Of a stretch of 36,425 bases of DNA, positions 9,134 to 17,042 are shown in pieces. Both the position numbers and the translations under genes were made by a program. The stretch spans positions 1-36,425 of the IMG/VR virus record IMGVR_UViG_3300044580_000030. One strand, 5' to 3'. The stretch's first letter is position 1; each line of letters begins with the position of its first letter. The notes below the pieces were generated by a model. The model saw only the letters and a program-made list of their open reading frames with translations. It was not told the origin of the DNA and made no database searches. This stretch comes from a virus. Its lineage: Duplodnaviria; Caudoviricetes.

Positions 9134-9395
9134 TTTTAAGCCTCCATTTCTTTATTTTAAGGGCATTCTTCGTCTTGTGCGTTATTATCTGACTGCAATG
9201 ATTTACAGTAAAGTTTTCAAGGAGAAAACATTCCATTTCTGTGTATCTCGGCCGCTTCTTATATCCATGTCGTAATAGCCAATTATTGACTGTACCTGGA
9301 TTCTTATTCAACATCTTTGCTATTTCCCGAATAGACATGTCTCTGAAATTGCTAATCATCAGCGTCCTCTGTGACAATGGTAGTTTGCCGCTCAT
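9078..9395 (-). CDS. Small basic HTH DNA-binding protein inside the csf module
   Basis: MSIREIAKMLNKNPGTVNNWL HTH followed by a second helical unit (RYTEME...KTKNALKIKKWRL). Confidence 0.7.
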   Translation of the reverse strand: MSGKLPLSQRTLMISNFRDMSIREIAKMLNKNPGTVNNWLLRHGYKKRPRYTEMECFLLENFTVNHCSQIITHKTKNALKIKKWRLKNAQRKLDSQSNKQFAGLS

Positions 9396-10605
9396 ATGCT
9401 CCGATTTTTGTTAAGAATAAAATTATTTTTTCCTTATTCTCTGACAGATATTTTTCATATAGCTCAGGAGATGGGCAATTTTCTATATCAATTTTCACTC
9501 TACCAAACCCTCTATTTGAATTTGCTCCTATATAACCCTTCTGTTGCATAATTTGTAAACCTTTCCCCAGTGCCGATAGCTCAAGGTCAGATATATGATT
9601 GTCTACGTCAATACCTCCCGTAAGAGTTACACCTGGCCGTATGCATTCAGTTATTGCTATCATTGACGCATTTTCGCCATCGTCATGTCCTTCATGGTCT
9701 TCACGCCGTGTCAGGAAATGCCATTCCAGTAGTTCGCTTACAGGTTTATCCCCATTGCCCCATTCAATGCATGATGGTCGATAATCTGCCGATTTGAAAC
9801 GACCTGACAAAATGCGATTACCTAAAGCAACACCAAACAATGATAAAGCTGGCAGTGTGTCTCTGAATTGATATATGCCGTCTGCTTTGACCGCTCCATT
9901 GTCACCCATTAATGATGCCAATGCCTTGCCAGCCTTACTATTTTCTTCAAGCGCCCCGCCGGAATATAATGCATGGAAAAACCATAGTGCAACCTTTGGT
10001 TTGTCTCGGCGTGCCGATATGCCGATTGATTTAAGAAAATGGTCTGCCAAAACGTCCCTTAATTGTCCTCTGAATGCATTACCAGAATAATAAGGTAATG
10101 ATACTACACCATTGTCTGTCATTACTTGCATACGCCTGAATAGTGTTGCGTTGCCTGCCTTTGTATCGCCTCCATGAGACAGTGGACTTAATGTAGTTAT
10201 CGTTATGCCAATATCATATTTTGGCTGAGGCTTTGCTATTCCTTTGGTTGGGTTATAAGGCTCAATATCAACCATATCGCATGCCTTTTTCTGTTCCTCC
10301 CATTTCCCAATTGTCGCAATCATACCAGCTATTTTTGGATAAGTCTTTATCCAATTAAGGATAGAGTGTGCATTTTCTCCAGTTATGGTCACTATCATTT
10401 CAGCTCTCATTTCCGGATGCATATCGTCGAAACTCACATCCATTATAGTGCTGAATTTTTCGACAAATGACAATAGCGTTGGCTCGTTCGCAAGTTGAAG
10501 AAATTTGTCGCTTACGAAATCGGACAAATTACGATTAACTTTAATCGAACCGTTTTGTGCGATGTATCTTAATACTCGCATTACTTGATAAAATTGTTCC
10601 TTCAT
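9352..10605 (-). CDS. csf2: Csf2 (Cas7-like RAMP backbone) with a ~125-aa helical N-terminal extension (putative fused Cas11)
   Basis: ITTLSPLSHG, LPYYSGNAFRGQLRD, LYSGG, LSLFG, TRRED, ECIRPG, Gly loop IGANSNRGFGRV. Confidence 0.88.
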   Translation of the reverse strand: MKEQFYQVMRVLRYIAQNGSIKVNRNLSDFVSDKFLQLANEPTLLSFVEKFSTIMDVSFDDMHPEMRAEMIVTITGENAHSILNWIKTYPKIAGMIATIGKWEEQKKACDMVDIEPYNPTKGIAKPQPKYDIGITITTLSPLSHGGDTKAGNATLFRRMQVMTDNGVVSLPYYSGNAFRGQLRDVLADHFLKSIGISARRDKPKVALWFFHALYSGGALEENSKAGKALASLMGDNGAVKADGIYQFRDTLPALSLFGVALGNRILSGRFKSADYRPSCIEWGNGDKPVSELLEWHFLTRREDHEGHDDGENASMIAITECIRPGVTLTGGIDVDNHISDLELSALGKGLQIMQQKGYIGANSNRGFGRVKIDIENCPSPELYEKYLSENKEKIILFLTKIGAYERQTTIVTEDADD

Positions 10606-10619
10606 AGTTGTTTATTTTA

Positions 10620-10919
10620 TTAGTTGTTTTTTCTTGATTTTATTTCTTTGATTATTTTCTGCTCATGCGCCTTGCGCCGCACTTTCTCCAATAAGATGTA
10701 AAGCTCGTTGTTGTTAAGTTCTTTAAGGTTAATCAAGTTAAACACATTCGGGCAATGCTTAACCGACCAAACGATATGCCCGAAATTCCTCATGTTTTTT
10801 ATTCGTTCCCGAAAGCGTTCATCACGAAAGAACCTCGGACGTTTTTCGAGAAACGCAATGACTTCAGCATCGGTCATTTCATCGATGTTGAATTCAAGTT
10901 TTTTCCTACCTGTTTTCAT
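10620..10919 (-). CDS. Hypothetical protein
   Basis: 99-aa ORF immediately upstream of csf2. Confidence 0.6.
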   Translation of the reverse strand: MKTGRKKLEFNIDEMTDAEVIAFLEKRPRFFRDERFRERIKNMRNFGHIVWSVKHCPNVFNLINLKELNNNELYILLEKVRRKAHEQKIIKEIKSRKNN

Positions 10920-11061
10920 GGCTTTTCGATTTTTGGTTTATTTTTTCGATTTTTTTGATAGCAAACCCAGAGTAACCGAGCGCCTTTGCCTTATATTTCT
11001 CTGGCCGCTCGACATTAACCAGCGTATAAATATAGTCGCCTTTAATTATAATTATTTCCAT
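10906..11061 (-). CDS. Small hypothetical protein (51 aa, MEIIIIKGDYIYTLVNVERPEKY...)
   Basis: Read manually: ATG 11061 to TAG 10906, overlapping the next start; not in the ORF track. Confidence 0.5.
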   Translation of the reverse strand: MEIIIIKGDYIYTLVNVERPEKYKAKALGYSGFAIKKIEKINQKSKSHENR

Positions 11062-11065
11062 ACCG

Positions 11066-11073
11066 CAAATTTA
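11066..11073 (-). promoter_or_regulatory. Bacteroidota -7 box TAAATTTG heading the csf/ParB/terminase operon
   Basis: TAnnTTTG match in the intergenic gap. Confidence 0.6.
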
Positions 11074-11088
11074 ATCGTTTTTGTACGA

Positions 11089-11113
11089 AATTTTGTAAAT
11101 CATTTACAAAATT
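11089..11113. promoter_or_regulatory. Perfect 12-bp inverted repeat, operator candidate
   Basis: AATTTTGTAAAT-C-ATTTACAAAATT, lying over the expected -33 region. Confidence 0.6.
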
Positions 11114-11139
11114 AACTGATTTTTACCAAAATCCGCTTA

Positions 11140-11796
11140 TTATTCATACAATTCAAAATGATAATGCCCTCCAGCTTTCCACGAAACAAGTTTCATCTTA
11201 TAATAGGTAAGATACTTGTTAGATTTAATTGCTGAAATAACAAGCTCATTTCCTCCCCATCCTCCAGTGTGAAGCTCGAGCTTCCGTTTCCCTTTGTATT
11301 TCTTGTGAAGAACAAACCCCCATTCGGCCATGTACCAGCCTTCTGGAAGTATTTCACTGACAAACTTCATCAAAGGCAAGCCATCATCTGGCTGGTAATT
11401 CTCAATGAATTGCAACCATTCTTCTGTCGGATAACCGTTTGCGTCCAATAGCGCATCGGGTAAATTTGGGTTTATATTTTCATTTATTTTCTGCCGAAAT
11501 TCGTCAAAACTCCTTACAACGATGTAAGTGTGTCCAAATTCGGTTATTCGTCGTTCAAATTCCTTCTGAAGCTCGGTTTGTTTGTTCCGTCCAACTTTCA
11601 GCTCGATAAACAATACCTTGCCATTGTTAAGGATAGCGATTAGGTCGGACACTCCAGCCGTTACACCTATGCGCTTCAGCTTTACTGCTTCAGCAACGTT
11701 ACGGCTACCTCCGTTCGGAACGGCGAATATTATTCCGAGACGGCTAAGCCTAAACCATCGAACGCATGCTGCCTGTAAGTTGTCTTCTGCTTTCAT
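11140..11796 (-). CDS. VRR-NUC nuclease fused to an uncharacterised C-terminal domain
   Basis: FAVPNGG, GVTAGVSDL, FIELK..Q..Q PD-(D/E)xK motifs; extra ~105 aa (GYPT..LHTGGWGGNE..GGHY). Confidence 0.82.
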   Translation of the reverse strand: MKAEDNLQAACVRWFRLSRLGIIFAVPNGGSRNVAEAVKLKRIGVTAGVSDLIAILNNGKVLFIELKVGRNKQTELQKEFERRITEFGHTYIVVRSFDEFRQKINENINPNLPDALLDANGYPTEEWLQFIENYQPDDGLPLMKFVSEILPEGWYMAEWGFVLHKKYKGKRKLELHTGGWGGNELVISAIKSNKYLTYYKMKLVSWKAGGHYHFELYE

Positions 11797-12223
11797 GGTT
11801 AACTTTTTTTAAGTATCTTTTTGCAATTTCGGAATTTCTTTTTTCTTTCCATCGGCTTGCGCCAATATGCCAAAGTAATGCCCTTTCCTCCAATGTTTTC
11901 GCTCCGTAGTACTCGCAATACAAACGAAACATTTCAAACGATTTTTCAGGGCAAAACCTATCGGATAACGAATAATTGGTCCTGGCAATTCTATTCACAT
12001 CCTTAACAAGGATTGGCCGAATTTGTGCAATTCCAACGTCAAGGCCTGACTTGTGTACGGCCAATGCATTGCCTCCGCTCTCTACCATGCAGATAATTTT
12101 GAAGTGCTCACGAAGTTCGATTAATTGACGTGCAACCGCAAAGTCAATTGTTGTGCGACTTGGAAAATCAGAACTTATCGGCAGCATTACCGTAATTATT
12201 GATAGGATAATTCGCTTAATCAT
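11750..12223 (-). CDS. Lytic transglycosylase (SLT/lysozyme-like) with an N-terminal hydrophobic anchor
   Basis: ICMVESGG catalytic Glu motif, GIAQI, WHIG. Confidence 0.72.
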   Translation of the reverse strand: MIKRIILSIITVMLPISSDFPSRTTIDFAVARQLIELREHFKIICMVESGGNALAVHKSGLDVGIAQIRPILVKDVNRIARTNYSLSDRFCPEKSFEMFRLYCEYYGAKTLEERALLWHIGASRWKEKRNSEIAKRYLKKVNHESRRQLTGSMRSMV

Positions 12224-12225
12224 AT

Positions 12226-12621
12226 TTACGATTTTATAATTTTAACTTCATATCCGTATGGCTTTATTTTTTCGGCATGTTCGGCTATCTCCTGTAAATG
12301 GTAGTTAATCAGTGTCCTTGCTTCATCGCTACCTGCCGGCGGTTGCTTGTATTCGGCAAAAAGACGATAAATTTCATCATAAAATACAGCAATGTTAACA
12401 TACGAACGGCCGATTAATTTGACGCCAACTAAATCCTCATCATCAAACACTTCATCAAACAGCCGCTCCTTGTAATAATCGTTCAGTATTTTGCCGGCCA
12501 GCATACGAATCGAACAGCCGCTTGTATTGTCGGTTAGGATAACTTCTGGCTTCGTATAACCCATCTTCGTTCGCCGGGCTATTTGCGAAATTAGAAACAA
12601 GTAATCTTTTTTCTTCTTCAT
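12226..12621 (-). CDS. Hypothetical protein
   Basis: 131-aa ORF, coupled. Confidence 0.55.
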   Translation of the reverse strand: MKKKKDYLFLISQIARRTKMGYTKPEVILTDNTSGCSIRMLAGKILNDYYKERLFDEVFDDEDLVGVKLIGRSYVNIAVFYDEIYRLFAEYKQPPAGSDEARTLINYHLQEIAEHAEKIKPYGYEVKIIKS

Positions 12622-13190
12622 AAGTATTTGAGTTTAATTATTTTACAATCAATTATTGCATGTTTTGTAAGCGAATACCATTTGCCATCTTTATTAATTG
12701 CAATGTGGTAGTATTGTTTTTTATCCACAACAATCGCAGGGCGCATAGGTTCTATTTTGAAATTTCTTTGCAAACCGAGCATTATGTCAATATTTTCATA
12801 TTTTTGCTTAAAGAAAGAGAAATAATAATTACCCATTCTAATGTAATAAGTATATATCACTTTATTAATTAGCTCCTTAACATTATACGCCTTATCGGCG
12901 CTCATATGGTAATAATCACCAAACAATCGTATATGTGCATTCATATTTCGATAACCTAATGTCAGTGCCGAGCGCTTTGGCTTATTGTCAAGGTATTCGG
13001 CAATCTTTGTTAATGTTAGGCCAAATTTCTCAAATGCAATCTTTGCCGCTACAAGGTTGCAGAATACCGTTTCATGATATCTTCTGCCATGATTATATGA
13101 TTCAGCTAACTCTGCTGCATCGATTACGCAATCAAGCAACATTTTGAATTCTTCTTTTGTCATTTTTGGTTCTATGTTCTTTTTCTTCAT
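12618..13190 (-). CDS. Hypothetical protein (possible HTH: GLTLTKIAEYL)
   Basis: 190-aa ORF downstream of the helicase loader. Confidence 0.5.
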   Translation of the reverse strand: MKKKNIEPKMTKEEFKMLLDCVIDAAELAESYNHGRRYHETVFCNLVAAKIAFEKFGLTLTKIAEYLDNKPKRSALTLGYRNMNAHIRLFGDYYHMSADKAYNVKELINKVIYTYYIRMGNYYFSFFKQKYENIDIMLGLQRNFKIEPMRPAIVVDKKQYYHIAINKDGKWYSLTKHAIIDCKIIKLKYL

Positions 13191-13192
13191 AG

Positions 13193-13858
13193 CTATACTC
13201 TTTTTGATTTCCCATTATATTCGATGATGTTACACATTTCATACAACCTATCAGCAATGCGATCTCCATACATTGCACGTAAGTCAGCCAACGATAAGTT
13301 GGTTGTAAAGTGAGTCATTATCCCGGTAGCACACCAAAGGTTATACCTGCTTGTTATAAGCATAGATAACGGCAATATTTCATTGCCGAAATACATAACT
13401 TTTGCCTGCTCTGCGCCAATATCGTCAATACATATATTTCTTTTACTAATTTGCGATGCGCTAGCGTAGCAATAATTTACAAAGTCATAACCCATTTGCG
13501 CAGCCTCAACGACATCGTATGAATTAATAACCGTAAAATAACGGTCTAATTCGTCATGGCGAAGTATTAACGATAACGCTTGCATTAGCTTCGTTTTTCC
13601 AACACCTGTGTTTCCAATAAGCATTATCCCTTTGTTTGGCTTTACATCTTCATACACATCAACAACTCCACCATATAACCAAATTGCAAGCCTAATAATT
13701 ACTTCTTTGTTGTCAGTTATAACTTCTTTATTGATAACATGTCTTAACGCCAAACATATACCGTCATAGTTGTTATTAACCGCATGTTTACATTCATCGA
13801 TTTTTTCAATTGTTTCGACTTTATTGTTAAGTCTTATTAATTCTGATAATTTTTTCAT
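13193..13858 (-). CDS. DnaC/IstB-like AAA+ ATPase (helicase loader)
   Basis: GNTGVGKT, ICIDDIG, HFTTNL, YGDRIADRLYEMC, GKSKR. Confidence 0.88.
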   Translation of the reverse strand: MKKLSELIRLNNKVETIEKIDECKHAVNNNYDGICLALRHVINKEVITDNKEVIIRLAIWLYGGVVDVYEDVKPNKGIMLIGNTGVGKTKLMQALSLILRHDELDRYFTVINSYDVVEAAQMGYDFVNYCYASASQISKRNICIDDIGAEQAKVMYFGNEILPLSMLITSRYNLWCATGIMTHFTTNLSLADLRAMYGDRIADRLYEMCNIIEYNGKSKRV

Positions 13859-13873
13859 AACTAATTTTTTAGG

Positions 13874-14905
13874 TTAGCATTTGTAATTATGCCCGTATAG
13901 TTCTTTGAACTCGTTCATTGTTTTAACTTCGCCTTTTTTATAAGCTTCATAGAAATCATTCATCATTCTATCGAACTCTTTACTTTTTTCTTCAGCAATT
14001 TTTTTCGCTTCCTCGTTTTCGCGCCGGCGCCGCTCAAGCTCCTCCCTGTCTTTCTTATATTTTTCTTCCATATTGTCAAGATGTATTACTTGGTTTTTAA
14101 CTTGTAATTTTTGTACGGCTTGCCCGTTTTGTTTTGCGCCTGACGAGTAAGCGCCTTCAAGTACTTTGGCAATATTGCGGTCATTCTCGATTGTCCAATC
14201 GAACGTTGCTGTCCAACCTCGATTATTTTTGCCGCAGAGGAAGTCGTTGGAATTGATTTTCGCAAACGCCTCAAAGATTTTTTCCTTCGGCCAATCTTTA
14301 AGCCGTGCTTTGATTTTCCGCTTTCTGCTCTCTGTTAGCTTTTCAACTTTCGGTAAGTTGGTACAAATAGAGTTCCATTGCTCGGCAAACTCTTTGTAGT
14401 TTATGCTGTTGTCGTGGTTGATGTCGATTTTTTCTTCCTGCTGCTCTGGCTGTTTTTCTTCGGTTGGCTCTTTCGGTTGGTCTGTGGTTGGTCCTGGCGA
14501 TTCTGTTTCTGCCGTATCTACCGGTTGCTCTGGTTCTTTCGGTTCGTCTGTCTCGGCTGGTTTTTCTTTCGGTTGCTCTTTGTGTTTCTGCCAGCGCTTG
14601 CGGGCATTGTCGGCCAGCTTACGGCGCTTATCCTGTTGCTCGATTAGCAACTCGCATGATAATACACCGTCCTCAACGAGGAATAAGCCTGAGCTATTGA
14701 CGACAAAGCTCACCATTTCCTCGCTGCACCTGAACATGTAAGACAGTGTTTCGATGTCTGCATCAATTGCATTATCATTATTAGCCAGATGTTCGACTAT
14801 TGCCCAATATAAGCCATAGCCAGCCATGCCATACTTTGCCTCAAGCCGGGCGACTCGATGGTCGCTCCGGCTGTTGCTTCTATGATTAATGAGTAAGCTT
14901 CCCAT
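13874..14905 (-). CDS. Replication initiator (DUF4373/Lin1244-like N-terminus)
   Basis: KYGMAGYGLYWAIVEHL, NARKRW, C-terminal FLCGKNNRGWTATFDW..KVLEGAY; adjacent to the DnaC-like gene. Confidence 0.8.
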   Translation of the reverse strand: MGSLLINHRSNSRSDHRVARLEAKYGMAGYGLYWAIVEHLANNDNAIDADIETLSYMFRCSEEMVSFVVNSSGLFLVEDGVLSCELLIEQQDKRRKLADNARKRWQKHKEQPKEKPAETDEPKEPEQPVDTAETESPGPTTDQPKEPTEEKQPEQQEEKIDINHDNSINYKEFAEQWNSICTNLPKVEKLTESRKRKIKARLKDWPKEKIFEAFAKINSNDFLCGKNNRGWTATFDWTIENDRNIAKVLEGAYSSGAKQNGQAVQKLQVKNQVIHLDNMEEKYKKDREELERRRRENEEAKKIAEEKSKEFDRMMNDFYEAYKKGEVKTMNEFKELYGHNYKC

Positions 14906-15086
14906 TTTTTAGTGCATTTAATTTGTTGAGGAATATTTCGACAAGCTCGTCGATAGAGTTGATTTTGATTACGTCAATCTTTCGATTGTTGTAGAACACT
15001 TTAACGTGTCCAAATTCCTTGTCATACATACAGATGAGTGAATTTTCCTTCTCATCGTGGTAAGAAATTGTTTGATAACGGTTCAT
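14886..15086 (-). CDS. Hypothetical protein
   Basis: 66-aa ORF overlapping the initiator start. Confidence 0.55.
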   Translation of the reverse strand: MNRYQTISYHDEKENSLICMYDKEFGHVKVFYNNRKIDVIKINSIDELVEIFLNKLNALKNGKLTH

Positions 15087-15113
15087 GGCTTTAAATTTTA
15101 CGGTTAAAGTTAA

Positions 15114-15404
15114 TTATTTCTTAGCAAAAACAGTCCCATCTTCGTTTCTTTTTACAATTTTTAGCCCTAATTCCTCAACAAGTGCGTAAAATTCTTCCCG
15201 TTCGACTTGCCGGTAATATATGCCAAACTTTCTATCCTTACGGGTGTGCGAAATTTTGCTGCGGAAGCAAATTTCGTAGCAAGTCAGAACGTTGCTTCCG
15301 TAACGCAAACCGACATAGTAAATGATGCCAAATACATCATTTCTTTCCTTTATTTTCTCAAGGTTCCATTGTCCGAGAACCTTGTTCTTAAAATAGCTAT
15401 CCAT
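15114..15404 (-). CDS. Hypothetical protein
   Basis: 96-aa ORF with an A-rich leader. Confidence 0.55.
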   Translation of the reverse strand: MDSYFKNKVLGQWNLEKIKERNDVFGIIYYVGLRYGSNVLTCYEICFRSKISHTRKDRKFGIYYRQVEREEFYALVEELGLKIVKRNEDGTVFAKK

Positions 15405-15423
15405 TTTGTTTAGTTTTTAATTG

Positions 15424-16137
15424 TTAAAAAAAATCTGGAAGTTCAATCTCTTTGCCTGCATCGGCAAAGGTTACAACGGCCGACGTTTCTGCTTGTATAG
15501 CCTCCATTGCTTCTGCCTCGTCCATGTTGCCATCACTGGCATGTATAACGACAACACGGCGCAGTGTCTTATCGTGCCGGCGTACGAATTCGATAACCTT
15601 ATTCAGCGACAAGTGCGAGCGACTTATCCGCTCTGCAACGTATGCTGGCAGTTTACCGGCCATTACATTCTGGATGAGTTTATCGTGCGTAAAATTACAC
15701 TCAATCATTACGTTTGTAATGCCATCAAACATGTAGTCAACTTTTGAAGTGTCGGTTATGAATACAAGGTTTCCAAATTCCTTGTGAGTGATAGCAAACC
15801 CGTAACATTCGACATCATGCCAGAGTTGGAATGGCAAAACCGAGAAGCTGCCAACCTTAAATTGCTCACCGTCTCTGTAATGTGTATGAGCAATTGTTGG
15901 GTAAGCAGCCAGCGTGTCAGAATTAACGTACATTCTTGCAAAGTCGGCAAAGTCGGTTAGATATCCGACATGGTCAACGTGTCGATGACTTACTATGCAG
16001 CCAGCAATTTTCTTATTGATATGCTTAGCCGCTTTTTTGAAGGGTACACCGGCCTCGATTATCAGCGTTTCGCTGCTTGTTTCAAGCAGGTAGCAGTTCC
16101 CAGAAGAACCGCTACCTATGATTTTCACCTTTGCCAT
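15424..16137 (-). CDS. MBL-fold metallo-hydrolase (YycJ-like, putative exonuclease partner of RecT)
   Basis: GSGSSGNCY, SHRHVDH, HDVE, FITDT, IECN, SHLS, IHAS. Confidence 0.88.
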   Translation of the reverse strand: MAKVKIIGSGSSGNCYLLETSSETLIIEAGVPFKKAAKHINKKIAGCIVSHRHVDHVGYLTDFADFARMYVNSDTLAAYPTIAHTHYRDGEQFKVGSFSVLPFQLWHDVECYGFAITHKEFGNLVFITDTSKVDYMFDGITNVMIECNFTHDKLIQNVMAGKLPAYVAERISRSHLSLNKVIEFVRRHDKTLRRVVVIHASDGNMDEAEAMEAIQAETSAVVTFADAGKEIELPDFF

Positions 16138-16138
16138 A

Positions 16139-17017
16139 TCAGAAGGGAATTTGCTGCTGTTCGATTTTAGGAGTCTTTGGCTCTTTGCTAACCTCTTCTT
16201 TTGTCTCCTGAATTACTTCCTTGTCCATTACTTCTTCTGCTACTGCTTCAGGCTGCGCAGCTTCATTATCGGCATTGGTCAGTTCGATTACTGTTGCCTG
16301 CTCGTTGTTCGGCTCTAATTCAGTGTATTCATCAGCAATTTCCGTAATACCAACCGTAATATCAGAAGCTGCATTGATGATAAGCTTGCAGGCACGGGCA
16401 ATTACTGTTTTCTTTGCCATCTCTTCCGGGAATTTTGTGTGCACTGTTTCGCCTTGCCCTCCAAACGTCTTACCTTGCGCCCAGGCCTGTCTGATTTGCT
16501 TTATGTTCATGACTTCGCAATCAATTCGGCCGTCAACCTCATAGACGGCATATGCACCGATTATGTCAGTGCCCAATGATTCAAGCCGTTGCTCATGCTT
16601 AATAAGCTTCCGGCGGCCGGTTTCATCGATAGCAAACTCGATTTTGTCACCGGCATAAATCACATTTGCCTTTATCCACTTTAGTCCGCATCGCTTGGCT
16701 ACAGTGATAGTGCCGAAATATGAACGCATAAGCTGCAACTTGTTGCCGTAAGCTACGAAGTAACACTGGCGCTTCATCGGCGACAATCCCTGCACTACCA
16801 TGTCGAGTAAGGCATTAGCGACGCTCTCACGAGTGCAAACTTGCAGCACCGGCTGCTTGTTCTTGTCAAGCGTGTCGGTAAGGATAAGTGCAGCAGAACG
16901 AATAGCCGCTTCGGCGTTGTAGTCTGGGTACGTGTATAACCCGCCCGATTTCGCAAGCTCACTAACCCGAGCAATTACAAGCTCGGTGATTTCATTTGTT
17001 TTTGCAATCTTTTCCAT
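16139..17017 (-). CDS. recT: RecT single-strand annealing protein
   Basis: SVANALLDMVVQGLSP..QCYFVAYG, IIGAYA, HTKFPEEMAKKTVI. Confidence 0.92.
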   Translation of the reverse strand: MEKIAKTNEITELVIARVSELAKSGGLYTYPDYNAEAAIRSAALILTDTLDKNKQPVLQVCTRESVANALLDMVVQGLSPMKRQCYFVAYGNKLQLMRSYFGTITVAKRCGLKWIKANVIYAGDKIEFAIDETGRRKLIKHEQRLESLGTDIIGAYAVYEVDGRIDCEVMNIKQIRQAWAQGKTFGGQGETVHTKFPEEMAKKTVIARACKLIINAASDITVGITEIADEYTELEPNNEQATVIELTNADNEAAQPEAVAEEVMDKEVIQETKEEVSKEPKTPKIEQQQIPF

Positions 17018-17042
17018 GATTTTTTGTTTTAAAGTTATAAAA

